Positions 11,146-20,061 of a stretch of DNA of 32,000 nucleotides are shown one piece after another. The translations under genes and the position numbers were made by a program. The DNA lies in assembly GCF_025725685.1 (NCBI RefSeq), contig NZ_CP107008.1, forward strand, positions 684,235 through 716,234, given 5' to 3'. How positions within the stretch are numbered: position 1 is the stretch's first letter; the number at the start of each line of letters is the position of its first letter. The notes beneath the pieces were generated by a model. It was not told where the DNA came from. It did no database searches and saw only the letters and a program-made list of their open reading frames with translations. Source of the DNA: Halomonas sp. M4R1S46 (lineage in GTDB: Bacteria > Pseudomonadota > Gammaproteobacteria > Pseudomonadales > Halomonadaceae).

Positions 11146-12975
11146 ATGACCGAATCCGCACCGCCCAGCCTGCGCCCCTACCAGCGCCAGGCGGTGACCC
11201 GCGTGGTCGAGCACTTCCGCATCACCGACGACCCCGCGGTGGTGGTACTGCCCACCGGCAGCGGCAAGTCGCTGGTGATCGCCGAGCTGGCGCGCCTGGC
11301 GCGTGGCCGGGTGCTGGTGCTGGCCCATGTGCGTGAGCTGGTCGAGCAGAATCATGCCAAGTACCTGGCCTACGGGCTCGAGGCGGACATCTTCAGTGCC
11401 GGCCTGGGCCGCAAGGAGGCCGGGCGGCAGGTGGTGTTCGGCTCGGTGCAGTCGGTGGTGCGCAACCTGGCGGCCTTCGAGTCCCCGGCGAACGGGGCGG
11501 GGGCCTTTACCCTGCTGGTGATCGACGAGTGTCATCGGGTCTCGCTGGACGAGGACTCCAGCTACCGTCGGGTCATCGCCCACCTGCGCGAGCGCAACCC
11601 GCGGCTCAAGGTGCTGGGCCTGACCGCCACGCCCTATCGCCTGGGGCAGGGCTTCCTCTATCACCGCCATTACCACGGCATGGTGCGTGGCGCCGAGGAC
11701 TGCTTCTTCCGCGACTGCGTCTTCGAGCAGCCGCTGCGGCTGATGGTCAAGCAGGGCTATCTCGCCGCCCCCCGCCTGGTAGACGCCGCCGTGGAACGCT
11801 ACGACTTCTCGGCGCTCGCGCCGGGCAGCGGCGGCCTGTTCCAGGAGGCGGAGCTGAACCGGGTGGCGGCCGGCCATCGCGCGACGCCGGCGATCATCGA
11901 GGAGGTGGTCGCCCATGGCGCCGAGCGGGCCGGGGTGATGCTGTTCGCCGCCACCGTGGCCCATGCCGAGGAGGTCCTCGGCTACCTGCCGGCCGGCGAG
12001 GCGGCGCTGATCACCGGCGCCACGCCTACCGCCGAGCGCGAGGCGATCATCGCCGCCTTCAAGGCCCGCGAACTCAAGTACCTGGTCAACGTGGCGGTGC
12101 TCACCACCGGCTTCGATGCGCCCCATGTCGACCTGATCGCCATCCTGCGGCCCACCGAGTCGGTGGGGCTCTACCAGCAGATCGTCGGTCGCGGCCTGCG
12201 CCTCGCCCCCGGCAAGGTCGATTGCCTGATCCTCGACTATGCCGGCAACCCCTGGGATCTCTATGCCCCCGAGGTGGGCAGCCCCAGGCCCGCGGCGGAC
12301 ACCGAGCCGGTGCAGGTCGAGTGCCCCCAGTGCGGCCATGCCAACCTCTTCTGGGGGCGGCGCGACGGCGAGCTGGTCATCGAGCACTTCGGGCGTCGCT
12401 GCCAGGGACTCGTTGACGGTGCATCGAGTGCCCTGCCCGAGCACGAGCAACGCGGCGCGGCTTCGGGCGCCTGCAAGAAGCGCCAGTGCGACTTTCGCTA
12501 TCGCTTCAAGGTCTGCGATCAGTGCGGCGCCGAGAACGACACCGCCGCGCGGCGCTGCCACGGCTGCGAGGCGCTGCTGGTGGATGCCGACGACAAGCTG
12601 CGCGAGGCGCTCAAGCTGCGCGACGCCCGGGTGCTGCGCGTCTCGGGCATGGCGCTTGCGGCCACGGTCAACGGCCGCGGCCTGCCACGGCTCAAGGTCG
12701 TCTACCATGACGAGGACGGCGCCACCCTCAGCGAGTGGTTCGCCCTGGAGACCCCGGCCCAGCGCGGCGCCTTCGCCGCGGTCTTCCTGCGCGATCACCT
12801 GCGGGCGCCGGGCAGCCGCTGGTCGCCCACCAGCCCCGAGGAGGTCATCCGCGAACAGCGCCGGCTGCGGGCGCCGGACTTCGTGATCGGCCGCAAGGTC
12901 GGTCGGCACTGGCAAGTGCGGCGCAAGCTCTTCGACTACACCGGGCGCCATCGGCTCGCCGCCGAGGCCGGGTGA
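11146..12975 (+). CDS. Superfamily-2 DEAD/DEAH-type helicase with C-terminal zinc-ribbon region
   Basis: Helicase motifs are present: motif I LPTGSGKS, motif II DECH, motif [17 protein letters not shown] and motif [11 protein letters not shown]. Downstream cysteine pairs are CPQCGH and CDQCGAEN...CHGCE. Confidence 0.8.
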   Translation: MTESAPPSLRPYQRQAVTRVVEHFRITDDPAVVVLPTGSGKSLVIAELARLARGRVLVLAHVRELVEQNHAKYLAYGLEADIFSAGLGRKEAGRQVVFGSVQSVVRNLAAFESPANGAGAFTLLVIDECHRVSLDEDSSYRRVIAHLRERNPRLKVLGLTATPYRLGQGFLYHRHYHGMVRGAEDCFFRDCVFEQPLRLMVKQGYLAAPRLVDAAVERYDFSALAPGSGGLFQEAELNRVAAGHRATPAIIEEVVAHGAERAGVMLFAATVAHAEEVLGYLPAGEAALITGATPTAEREAIIAAFKARELKYLVNVAVLTTGFDAPHVDLIAILRPTESVGLYQQIVGRGLRLAPGKVDCLILDYAGNPWDLYAPEVGSPRPAADTEPVQVECPQCGHANLFWGRRDGELVIEHFGRRCQGLVDGASSALPEHEQRGAASGACKKRQCDFRYRFKVCDQCGAENDTAARRCHGCEALLVDADDKLREALKLRDARVLRVSGMALAATVNGRGLPRLKVVYHDEDGATLSEWFALETPAQRGAFAAVFLRDHLRAPGSRWSPTSPEEVIREQRRLRAPDFVIGRKVGRHWQVRRKLFDYTGRHRLAAEAG

Positions 12976-13060
12976 GTCGCGGCTTACCCTGGGGCGCGCC
13001 CCTTGGTAGACTGTGCGGTCGATCATTCGCCGCCCAACCAGCCCGGAGGCCAGGCCCCGC

Positions 13061-14029
13061 GTGAGCGAGACGCCATCGTCCATCGAAGCGCCCGATGCCC
13101 CGCCGGGGAGCGGCGGCGCCGCGGCCGAGCCCAGTGCGGCGGAGCAGAGCGCGGCGGTGCTCGGCCGGCTGTTCGACGAGCCGATCACCCAGCTGCCCGA
13201 GGATCTCTACATCCCGCCGGAGGCCCTGCGGGTCTTCCTCGAGGCCTTCGAGGGGCCGCTGGACCTGTTGCTCTACCTGATCCGGCGGCAGAACCTGGAT
13301 ATCCTGGCCATCGACGTGGCCGCCATCACCCGCCAGTACATCGAGTACGTGGAGCTGATGAAGGCCATGGAGATCGAGCTGGCCGGCGAGTACCTGCTGA
13401 TGGCGGCGATGCTCGCCGAGATCAAGTCGCGGACCCTGCTGCCCAAGCCGCCCAAGGAGGGCGGCGACGACGAGGAGGAGGACCCGCGGGCCGAGCTGAT
13501 CCGGCGCCTGCAGGAGTACGAGCGGCTCAAGAATGCCGCGGAGGCGCTGGCCGAGCTGCCGCGGCTGGGCCGCGACTGGTTCCCGGCCCGGGCGGCGCTG
13601 CCGCCCCTGGAGTCGCGGGTGGTGCACCCGGACGTGGAACTCGACGAGCTGCTGGGGGCGCTGGCCGGCATCCTGCGCCGCGCCGAGCTCAACCAGGCCC
13701 ACCAGGTCAGCCGCGAGGTGCTGTCGACCCGGGAGCGTATGCTGGCGATCATGGAGCGCCTGCATCACGAGCACTACACCCCCTTCGAGGCGCTGTTCCG
13801 CCTCGAGGAAGGCCGCTCCGGGGTGGTCGTCACCTTCATGGCGATCCTCGAGCTGGCCAAGGAGGCGATGATCGAGATCGTGCAGAACGCGCCGCTCTCG
13901 CCGATCCATGTGCGGGCCCGGGTGGCCGCGGAGGAGGAGGGCGACGAGGGGGCGGCGTTCGACGACACCGGCGAGGAGGGCGAGAGCGCCTTCGCGCCGC
14001 AGGACGACGATGGGAGCGAGCCGCCATGA
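13061..14029 (+). CDS. scpA: Segregation and condensation protein A (kleisin)
   Basis: FEGPLDLLLYLIRRQNLDILAIDVAAITRQYIEYV...LAGEYLLMAAMLAEIKSRTLLP is the ScpA signature region. It overlaps scpB in an ATGA junction. The start is ambiguous between GTG 13061 and GTG 13013. Confidence 0.8.
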   Translation: MSETPSSIEAPDAPPGSGGAAAEPSAAEQSAAVLGRLFDEPITQLPEDLYIPPEALRVFLEAFEGPLDLLLYLIRRQNLDILAIDVAAITRQYIEYVELMKAMEIELAGEYLLMAAMLAEIKSRTLLPKPPKEGGDDEEEDPRAELIRRLQEYERLKNAAEALAELPRLGRDWFPARAALPPLESRVVHPDVELDELLGALAGILRRAELNQAHQVSREVLSTRERMLAIMERLHHEHYTPFEALFRLEEGRSGVVVTFMAILELAKEAMIEIVQNAPLSPIHVRARVAAEEEGDEGAAFDDTGEEGESAFAPQDDDGSEPP

Positions 14030-14925
14030 CCGCCATGGAATTCCCCGATGCCCTGGACGAGATCCTCGAGGCCGCCCTGCTGGCGTCCGGCGAACCGCTC
14101 TCGCTGGAGCGCCTCGAGGCGCTCTTCGACGACCACGAGCGCCCGCCGCGGCGGGCGCTGCGGGAGGCCCTGGGACGGGTCGAGGTGCGCCACGAGCGCG
14201 GCGCCATGGAGCTGCTCGAGACCGCCTCGGGCTACCAGCTGCGCATCCGGCCGCGGCTCTCGCCCTGGGTGTCGCGGCTGTGGGATGAGCGCCCGCAGCG
14301 CTACTCCCGGGCGCTGCTCGAGACCCTGGCGCTGATCGCCTATCGCCAGCCGGTGACCCGCGGCGACATCGAGGAGGTGCGCGGCGTCACGGTGAGTGGC
14401 TCGATCATGCGCACCCTGGTCGACCGCGGCTGGGTGCGGGTGGTGGGGCATCGGGACGTGCCGGGCCGCCCGGCGGTCTATGCCACCACCCGGGCCTTTC
14501 TCGACGACTTCGGCCTCAAGACCCTCGACGAGCTGCCGCCGATGCACGAACTCAAGGGCTTCGATGCCCCCGAGGAGGGCCTCGAGGATGCGCCGCCGCC
14601 GCCCCAGCACGAGCTGCTGTCCCAGGCGGATGCCCCGCCGGACGCGCCGGAGGAACCGGGCGAGACGCCGGCGGCGGACGATCCACCAGACGACACGGCG
14701 TCGCCCGAGAGCGGCGACGCCGTGGCCACGGAGGCCCAGGAGGCCGCCGCGGCCAGCGAGACGACGGCCGGGACGGCCGACGATTCCCACGCCGGGACGG
14801 CGTCAGCACGGACGGGCCTGAGCTTTGCCGACCTCGAGGCTCGCCTGTCCGAACGTGCCCGGGGCCGCGTCGACGATGACGCTGCCGCGGGGACGGAATC
14901 CACTACCAGCGAGACAGACGACTGA
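14026..14925 (+). CDS. scpB: Segregation and condensation protein B with long acidic C-terminal tail
   Basis: From ATG 14026: [18 protein letters not shown]...[24 protein letters not shown]...[18 protein letters not shown], a winged-helix ScpB pattern. The last ~110 aa are D/E/A/P-rich and likely disordered. The upstream part of track ORF 13003-14925 is an out-of-frame overlap of scpA. Confidence 0.82.
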   Translation: MTAMEFPDALDEILEAALLASGEPLSLERLEALFDDHERPPRRALREALGRVEVRHERGAMELLETASGYQLRIRPRLSPWVSRLWDERPQRYSRALLETLALIAYRQPVTRGDIEEVRGVTVSGSIMRTLVDRGWVRVVGHRDVPGRPAVYATTRAFLDDFGLKTLDELPPMHELKGFDAPEEGLEDAPPPPQHELLSQADAPPDAPEEPGETPAADDPPDDTASPESGDAVATEAQEAAAASETTAGTADDSHAGTASARTGLSFADLEARLSERARGRVDDDAAAGTESTTSETDD

Positions 14926-15776
14926 TGAGCACCACCACCGAGAAACTGCAGAAGGTCCTGGCCCGGGCGGGCCTGGGGTCGCGCCGCGAGATGGAAGCCG
15001 CCATCGCCGATGGGCGGGTCAAGGTCAATGGCCAGGTGGCGACCCTGGGCGATCGCATCGAGAGCCGCGACCGGGTGGCCCTCGATGACCGGCCGGTGAC
15101 CCTGCGGGCCGCCGACGAGGTGCCGCGCCGGGTGATCATGTACAACAAGCCCGAAGGCGAGCTGTGCACCCGCAAGGATCCCGAGGGGCGCCGCACCGTC
15201 TTCGACCGGCTGCCACGCCTCAAGGGCGAGCGCTGGATCGCCATCGGCCGGCTGGACATCAACACCAGCGGCCTGCTGCTGTTCACCACCGACGGCGAGC
15301 TGGCCAACCGCCTGATGCACCCCTCCACCCAGATCGAGCGCGAGTACGCCGTCCGGGTGATGGGCGCGGTCAAGCCGGATCAGGTCAAGGCCATGGTCGA
15401 GGGGGTGATGCTCGACGATGGCCCGGCCCGCTTCACCGATGTCCAGGAGTTCGGCGGCGAGGGCATCAATACCTGGTTCCACGTGGTGATCATGGAAGGC
15501 CGCAACCGCGAGGTGCGCCGGCTGTGGGAGTCCCAGGGGCTGACGGTCAGCCGCCTCAAGCGGGTGCGCTACGGTAATATCTTCCTCGACAAGCGCGCCA
15601 AGGCCAGCGAGTGGGTGGAGCTTAGCCAGGACGAGATCGACGACCTGGCCGAGATGGCCGGGCTGCCGCCGCGCAAGGTGCCGGAGCTGACGCCCGACGA
15701 GAAGAACCGCTGGAGTCGCGACAAGCACAAGCGCCGGCCGGTGCAGGCGATGCGCAAGCCCAAGGCACGTCGTTAG
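14925..15776 (+). CDS. rluB: 23S rRNA pseudouridine(2605) synthase
   Basis: [19 protein letters not shown]...[25 protein letters not shown]...[31 protein letters not shown]...[12 protein letters not shown] is near-collinear with E. coli RluB. The C-tail is basic. Confidence 0.88.
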   Translation: MSTTTEKLQKVLARAGLGSRREMEAAIADGRVKVNGQVATLGDRIESRDRVALDDRPVTLRAADEVPRRVIMYNKPEGELCTRKDPEGRRTVFDRLPRLKGERWIAIGRLDINTSGLLLFTTDGELANRLMHPSTQIEREYAVRVMGAVKPDQVKAMVEGVMLDDGPARFTDVQEFGGEGINTWFHVVIMEGRNREVRRLWESQGLTVSRLKRVRYGNIFLDKRAKASEWVELSQDEIDDLAEMAGLPPRKVPELTPDEKNRWSRDKHKRRPVQAMRKPKARR

Positions 15777-15829
15777 GGGGCTGTTGCGCCCCGGCCGGGG
15801 GAGGCGGGTGCCGGAAGGCAAAAAAGTCC

Positions 15830-15858
15830 TTGCCAGGCCGGGGGCATATCCGTATTAT
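15830..15858 (+). promoter_or_regulatory. Sigma70-type promoter for the tRNA-Lys pair
   Basis: -35 TTGCCA (15830-15835), a 17-nt spacer, and -10 TATTAT (15853-15858). A GC-rich discriminator (CTGCACCC) follows, about 10 nt before the tRNA 5' end region. Confidence 0.55.
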
Positions 15859-15874
15859 CTGCACCCGTTCGGAC

Positions 15875-15950
15875 GGGTCGTTAGCTCAGTTGGTAGAGCA
15901 GTTGGCTTTTAACCAATTGGTCGTAGGTTCGAATCCTACACGACCCACCA
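15875..15950 (+). tRNA. tRNA-Lys (anticodon UUU), copy 1
   Basis: GGGTCGT TA GCTC AGTTGGTA GAGC A GTTGG CTTTTAA CCAAT TGGTC GTAGG TTCGAAT CCTAC ACGACCC ACCA. This is a 76-nt cloverleaf with an encoded CCA. Confidence 0.95.
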
Positions 15951-15980
15951 TCCGAGCCTGTATGCTTGCCTGCAAGCACT

Positions 15981-16056
15981 GGGTCGTTAGCTCAGTTGGT
16001 AGAGCAGTTGGCTTTTAACCAATTGGTCGTAGGTTCGAATCCTACACGACCCACCA
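15981..16056 (+). tRNA. tRNA-Lys (anticodon UUU), copy 2 (identical to copy 1)
   Basis: Same 76-nt sequence as 15875-15950, separated from it by a 30-nt spacer. Confidence 0.95.
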
Positions 16057-16102
16057 GACATAGGTTTCTGGACTTCCCAAGAAGCACCAGAAACCCAGCA
16101 AG

Positions 16103-16125
16103 AAAGGGCCTTCGGGCCCTTTTTT
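16103..16125 (+). terminator. Rho-independent terminator after the tRNA-Lys pair
   Basis: AAAGGGCC-TTCG-GGCCCTTT followed by a run of six T residues. Confidence 0.75.
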
Positions 16126-16170
16126 GTTGCCTGCCGTTCCCGTGCCTGCCCTTGACATCCTGCATGCTAC

Positions 16171-16189
16171 GGGGGCATATCTGGGGGCA
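16171..16189 (+). repeat. Left copy of 19-bp direct repeat GGGGGCATATCTGGGGGCA (candidate attL core)
   Basis: It is identical to 31918-31936. It lies 115 bp after tRNA-Lys copy 2 and 32 bp before the integrase ATG. It overlaps a possible int promoter (-35 TTGACA at 16152-16157). Confidence 0.6.
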
Positions 16190-16221
16190 GAACCCTGCCC
16201 GGCCCGGGAGGTGCCCCCACC

Positions 16222-17469
16222 ATGTCGACCCTGCGCCAGCTCAACAAGCTGACCGCCACCGCCGTCCGCAACGCCAAGCCCCGCGAGAAGACGTACCGCC
16301 TGGCTGACGGTGGGGGCATGTACCTGGAAATCACGCCAGCTGGGGGCATGTACTGGCGGCTGAAGTACCGCCACCATGGCAAGGAGAAGCGCCTGGCGAT
16401 CGGCGTCTATGGCGAGGGTGCCGGCAAGGTGTCGCTCGCCCAGGCCCGCAATGCCCGCGACGAGGCCAAGGAGATGCTGGCGCAGGGACTGGACCCCAGC
16501 ACCGCCAAGCGGCTCGCCAAGGAGCAGGGCAGGGCGGACGCCGATAACACCTTCAAGGCCGTGGCCACCGAGTGGCTGGAGCACATCCACAAGCATGAGG
16601 TGGTGCCCGCCCACTACGACCGCAACAAGCGCCGCCTCGAGCGCGACATCTTCCCCACCCTGGGCCACCGGCCGGTCGGCGAGATCTCTCCTCCCGAGCT
16701 GCTGGACTGCCTGCGTAAGGTCGAGAAGCGGGGGCACCTGGAGACCGCCTCGAGGATCAAGACCGTCTGCGGCCAGGTGTTCCGCTACGCCATCTCGACC
16801 GGCAAGGCCCGGCGCGACCCCGCGGCCGACCTGCGTGGCACCCTGCGGCGCGCCAGGACCCGGCACTTCGCCGCCGTCACCGATCCCAAGGAGATTCCCG
16901 CCTTGCTGCGGGCCATCGACGGCTATGGGGGCACGCCGGTGGTGGTGGCCGCCCTCAACCTGTCGCCCCTGGTCTTCGTCCGTCCGGGTGAGCTGCGCCA
17001 CGCCAAGTGGGCCGACTTCGACCTGGAGGCGGCGACCTGGTCCTTCCAGCCCAGCAAGAAGGCCGACCCCCTGATAGTGCCGTTGCCCAGCCAGGCGGTG
17101 GAGATCCTGCGCGACCTGCAGGGCCTCACCGGCCGCGGCGACTACGTGTTCCCCAACATCCGCGACAGCAAGCGCCCGATGAGTGACAGCACCATCGGCG
17201 CCGCCCTGGACACCATCGGCTACAAGAACCGGATGACCGCCCACGGCTTCCGGGCCATGGCCAGGACCGTGCTCGCTGAGCGCCTCGGCTACCCCGAGCA
17301 GTACATCGAGCAGCAGCTGGCGCACAAGGTCCGTGACGCCAACGGCCGAGCCTACAACCGGACCAAGTACCTGGAGCAGCGCCGGGAGATGCTGCAGAGC
17401 TGGGCCGACTACCTGGACGCCATGCGCGATGGCGCCGGCAATGTGGTGCCGATCCGGGGGGGAGCGTGA
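16222..17469 (+). CDS. int: Tyrosine recombinase, P4-type integrase
   Basis: 415 aa. The N-terminal arm-binding-type region reads LTATAVRNAKPREKTYRLADGGGMYLEITPAGGMYWRLKYR. The C-terminal catalytic region carries HGFRAMARTVL, QLAH and AYNRTKY (R-H-R-Y type residues). It is adjacent to a tRNA gene. Confidence 0.92.
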   Translation: MSTLRQLNKLTATAVRNAKPREKTYRLADGGGMYLEITPAGGMYWRLKYRHHGKEKRLAIGVYGEGAGKVSLAQARNARDEAKEMLAQGLDPSTAKRLAKEQGRADADNTFKAVATEWLEHIHKHEVVPAHYDRNKRRLERDIFPTLGHRPVGEISPPELLDCLRKVEKRGHLETASRIKTVCGQVFRYAISTGKARRDPAADLRGTLRRARTRHFAAVTDPKEIPALLRAIDGYGGTPVVVAALNLSPLVFVRPGELRHAKWADFDLEAATWSFQPSKKADPLIVPLPSQAVEILRDLQGLTGRGDYVFPNIRDSKRPMSDSTIGAALDTIGYKNRMTAHGFRAMARTVLAERLGYPEQYIEQQLAHKVRDANGRAYNRTKYLEQRREMLQSWADYLDAMRDGAGNVVPIRGGA

Positions 17470-18041
17470 AGAAAGAGTACGGACTGCTGGCGCCTGTTAT
17501 CGCCAAGCTGGAGAGCTGGACCTCGGAGGATGCCATACACGCCTATCACGAGTGGCTCGAGGATGGAGGAAGCTTTGAGGCCGTCTCCAACCCTGTTATC
17601 CAGTGGCATGTATGGCACGAAGATCTGCCGTGTCTTCGAGAACGATATGAGCGAGGGGATTCGCTGGCGCTACTAAAGGCGGTGGAACGCTGCGCCGTGA
17701 TAGGCCTGCCCTTTCCAACCTGGTGTAGAGAGGCGTACCTAAAGTCCTGGCGCAAGGCCTCTCAGTATGAGTGCCGCACACTGGATGAGGCATTCGATTA
17801 CGACATGAAGGGCATTAACCTTGCGAGGGCTAGAGAACGCTTCCTTCTCTCCGTGAAAGTCGCCAGTGAAGTGAGGCGTATGCTCAATTCCGGTAATACG
17901 GTGGAAAAGGCGCTTGGGGTTGTCGCTGAGCAAAACGACATCTCATTTTCGCGCGCTCGCGAGTGGTATTACGAATTGCGCGATGACCCGAGTGTTGCCC
18001 ACCTTCTTCCAGGAAAATCCGAAATCCCCCGGAAAGACTGA
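17466..18041 (+). CDS. Hypothetical protein (possible regulator; C-terminal HTH-like segment)
   Basis: 191-aa ORF starting at GTG 17466 in a GTGA overlap with the int stop. It is visibly lower in GC than its neighbours. The C-terminal VEKALGVVAEQNDISFSRAREWYYE looks helix-turn-helix-like. No family was recognised. Confidence 0.6.
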   Translation: MKKEYGLLAPVIAKLESWTSEDAIHAYHEWLEDGGSFEAVSNPVIQWHVWHEDLPCLRERYERGDSLALLKAVERCAVIGLPFPTWCREAYLKSWRKASQYECRTLDEAFDYDMKGINLARARERFLLSVKVASEVRRMLNSGNTVEKALGVVAEQNDISFSRAREWYYELRDDPSVAHLLPGKSEIPRKD

Positions 18042-18098
18042 GCGCACCGCCCCCACCATCCTTAGCCATGCCCATAAGCAACCAAGGAGCACCCTGGC

Positions 18099-18317
18099 AT
18101 GGCTGGCAACGATACCCCCACCAAGCGCCTGATCAAGCGCCCCGAGGTTCGTGAGAAGACCTCCCTCAGTGACAGCGAACTGTATCGGCAGATGGCGGCC
18201 GGGACCTTCCCACGCGCCATTCGCCTGACCCCGAACGGCAGAGCGGTCGCCTGGCTCGAGTCCGAGGTAGATGCCTGGATCGAGAGCCGCCTGGTAGACC
18301 GCGAGGGGGTGGCCTGA
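18099..18317 (+). CDS. alpA: AlpA-family (HTH_17 / MerR-like) transcriptional regulator or excisionase
   Basis: 72 aa, with SD AAGGAG 9 nt upstream. RPEVREKTSLSDSELYRQMAAGTFPRAIRLTPNGRAVAWLESEVDAWI matches the AlpA pattern (short HTH followed by W-x-x-x-E-V/I-x-x-W). Confidence 0.8.
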   Translation: MAGNDTPTKRLIKRPEVREKTSLSDSELYRQMAAGTFPRAIRLTPNGRAVAWLESEVDAWIESRLVDREGVA

Positions 18318-18409
18318 TGTTGACCGCTGACCCTACCCCCGGCTATGCTCCAACCGTCACGGCAAAATCCGTGACCCGGTTTGGCGACCGGAAATATCCA
18401 AGGCGCACC

Positions 18410-18438
18410 AGCGCCCTCCGCGAAACAGGCGCTTTTTT
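18410..18438 (+). terminator. Possible terminator after alpA
   Basis: AGCGCC (18410-18415) / GGCGCT (18428-18433) stem with a 12-nt loop, followed by TTTTTT. Confidence 0.45.
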
Positions 18439-18592
18439 CATGCCTGCACTTCGCGAATATGGCGGCTGTGCGTGGGAGACCCTCGGGTCTGCCGGTTCCC
18501 TTGGATGCCGGTTCGCCAACCTGCGTACAGCCGCCCCCAATCACTGTTTGGCGACAGTCGGGGACGGTTCCATCATCCAAGGAGCCCTACCC

Positions 18593-18763
18593 ATGAACAA
18601 CCCCACCCGCAATCCGTCTGCGCGCGCCGCTGCCCACCGGGCCATGGCGAGAGCCGCCCTGTTCAGCGACACCAGCGCCAGCACCCGCCTGAAGCGTTAC
18701 AACCACCACATCACCAAGGCCCGCGCCCTGGAAGCCCCTGCCGGCCAAGGGGAGGCATCATGA
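18593..18763 (+). CDS. Hypothetical small protein (56 aa), first gene of the replication operon
   Basis: ATG 18593 is preceded by SD AAGGAG. Its stop overlaps the next start (ATGA). Confidence 0.5.
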   Translation: MNNPTRNPSARAAAHRAMARAALFSDTSASTRLKRYNHHITKARALEAPAGQGEAS

Positions 18764-19098
18764 GCGCCTTCAACGTCTACCTGGCCCGAACTACCACTGA
18801 GATCGAGATCCACGCCCCAAGCTGGCGCGAGGCCCTCTACCGTGCGGGGCGGCCTGATGCGTGCATTGTTGCGCGACTTGGCCCCGGGAAGTTCGAGGCG
18901 ATCTTCAATCCTGACGCCCCCACAACCATCGGCTGCCGTGCCCGGTGCGCGTCCGATGCGGAGGCGCTTCGCTGGACGCTTGCGAGCGTCGCCCACCAGG
19001 TAGCCCAGAGGGAAGCCGCCCGCCGCGCCCTGGCCGAATTTGCCGACGGCGTCGAACCGGGCACCTACCAGCCGGCCGGCAAAAGGGGGCAATCATGA
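18760..19098 (+). CDS. Hypothetical protein (112 aa)
   Basis: ATGA-coupled at both ends. Coding-like amino-acid composition. No family recognised. Confidence 0.55.
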   Translation: MSAFNVYLARTTTEIEIHAPSWREALYRAGRPDACIVARLGPGKFEAIFNPDAPTTIGCRARCASDAEALRWTLASVAHQVAQREAARRALAEFADGVEPGTYQPAGKRGQS

Positions 19099-19322
19099 GC
19101 CACCTGACCCGTGACAACAGCAAGGCCGAGGACATCGAGGAGATTGTCTCGGCCATCCACGGCATCGCCCGCCTGGTCAACGAGGACCTGGCGCGCAAGC
19201 CCTCTGCGAACACCCAGCCCTTCCTCGGCGAAACCGAGCTCGGTGACTTGATGCTCGCCGTCGAGCACCTGTGCTCCTATGCCGAGGGCATTGCCGAGGA
19301 CATTGGGGAGGGCAAGTCATGA
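19095..19322 (+). CDS. Hypothetical acidic protein (75 aa)
   Basis: ATGA-coupled at both ends. Confidence 0.55.
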   Translation: MSHLTRDNSKAEDIEEIVSAIHGIARLVNEDLARKPSANTQPFLGETELGDLMLAVEHLCSYAEGIAEDIGEGKS

Positions 19323-19540
19323 CCCCGACCGACATCACCATGGACATCGGCGCCACCGGCCTGGTGGATGCCATCGATCGCACCCGCTATGCCATGGCCA
19401 AGCAGGTACCGAGTGTTGCGGATGAGCTGGCCACCAACTATGGCCCGCTGGTGCTCACTGCCCACGAACAAGCCGACCTGCGGATATTCCTCGACGAGAT
19501 GCTCCGTCGCCGGATGGGGATCCTGGAGGCGCAGCTATGA
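19319..19540 (+). CDS. Hypothetical protein (73 aa)
   Basis: ATGA-coupled at both ends. Confidence 0.55.
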   Translation: MTPTDITMDIGATGLVDAIDRTRYAMAKQVPSVADELATNYGPLVLTAHEQADLRIFLDEMLRRRMGILEAQL

Positions 19541-20061
19541 CGACCCCGCAATCGACAGCGCCCCGCCGGCAGGGCGGGGCACCTAAAGCGAGTTTTGGAA
19601 GGGCTCCACAGCAGTCTAGCGCGCTCGGCGCCGACGTGCACCGGCTGCTGGCGCGACTGGACAAGGTGAAGACCAACGGCCCGGAGCGCTGGCTGGCCTG
19701 CTGCCCTGCGCACGACGACCGCTCACCGAGCCTGGCCATCCGTGAGACCGAGGACGGCACGATCCTGGTGAAGTGCTTCACCGGCTGCCCGACCGCTGAT
19801 GTGTTGGCCGCCGTGGGCATGGAGATGTACGAGCTATTCCCCAGGCGCGACAACGATGCCTTCCGCGCCAGCAAGCGCCCCGGGGAGCGATGGGTGCCCC
19901 GGGACGTGCTGGCCGCCATCGCCCGCGAGGCGTTGGTGGTCATGCTGGCAGCTGAGGCGGTCCACGCCGGCCGGCCCCTGGAGCGTGTCGACCTGGCTCG
20001 TCTGGCCAAGGCGTCCGGCCGGCTGCGTGGAGCTGCTGAGGAGGTGGGTTGCCATGTCTGA
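19537..20061 (+). CDS. Stand-alone primase-type CHC2 zinc-finger protein
   Basis: CCPAHDDRSPSLAIRETEDGTILVKCFTGC follows the DnaG zinc-binding pattern CPFHxExTPSF...CFGC. At 174 aa it has no recognisable Toprim or primase catalytic region. It overlaps the next gene by 8 nt. Confidence 0.6.
   Translation: MTTPQSTAPRRQGGAPKASFGRAPQQSSALGADVHRLLARLDKVKTNGPERWLACCPAHDDRSPSLAIRETEDGTILVKCFTGCPTADVLAAVGMEMYELFPRRDNDAFRASKRPGERWVPRDVLAAIAREALVVMLAAEAVHAGRPLERVDLARLAKASGRLRGAAEEVGCHV

Noticed and set aside
10987-13188. 733-aa minus-strand ORF
   Set aside because: It is antisense to the SF2 helicase (motifs I, II, III and VI are present on the plus strand). The shadow product is low-complexity.
13003-14925. 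Single 640-aa ORF spanning scpA and scpB
   Set aside because: The first ~340 codons are an alternative frame of scpA and translate to R/G/P-rich nonsense. ScpB-like sequence begins only at ATG 14026, which overlaps the scpA stop. Minus-strand ORFs 12845-13909, 13774-14790 and 14478-15821 are shadows of scpA, scpB and rluB.
16030-16056. tRNA-Lys 3' end as the att core of the island
   Set aside because: I looked for a second copy of TTCGAATCCTACACGACCCACCA (or a long part of it) towards the right end of the island and found none within the window. The 19-bp repeat is the only terminal duplication seen.
16042-17325. 427-aa minus-strand ORF (also 19940-21028, 362 aa)
   Set aside because: These are antisense to the integrase and the RecA-like ATPase respectively. 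Both plus-strand genes have catalytic motifs.
18544-18557. CTGTTTGGCGACAG as a second LexA box
   Set aside because: The spacing is CTGT-N6-ACAG rather than N8 and the centre is GC-rich. It may be an operator for another protein, but it is not a canonical SOS box.
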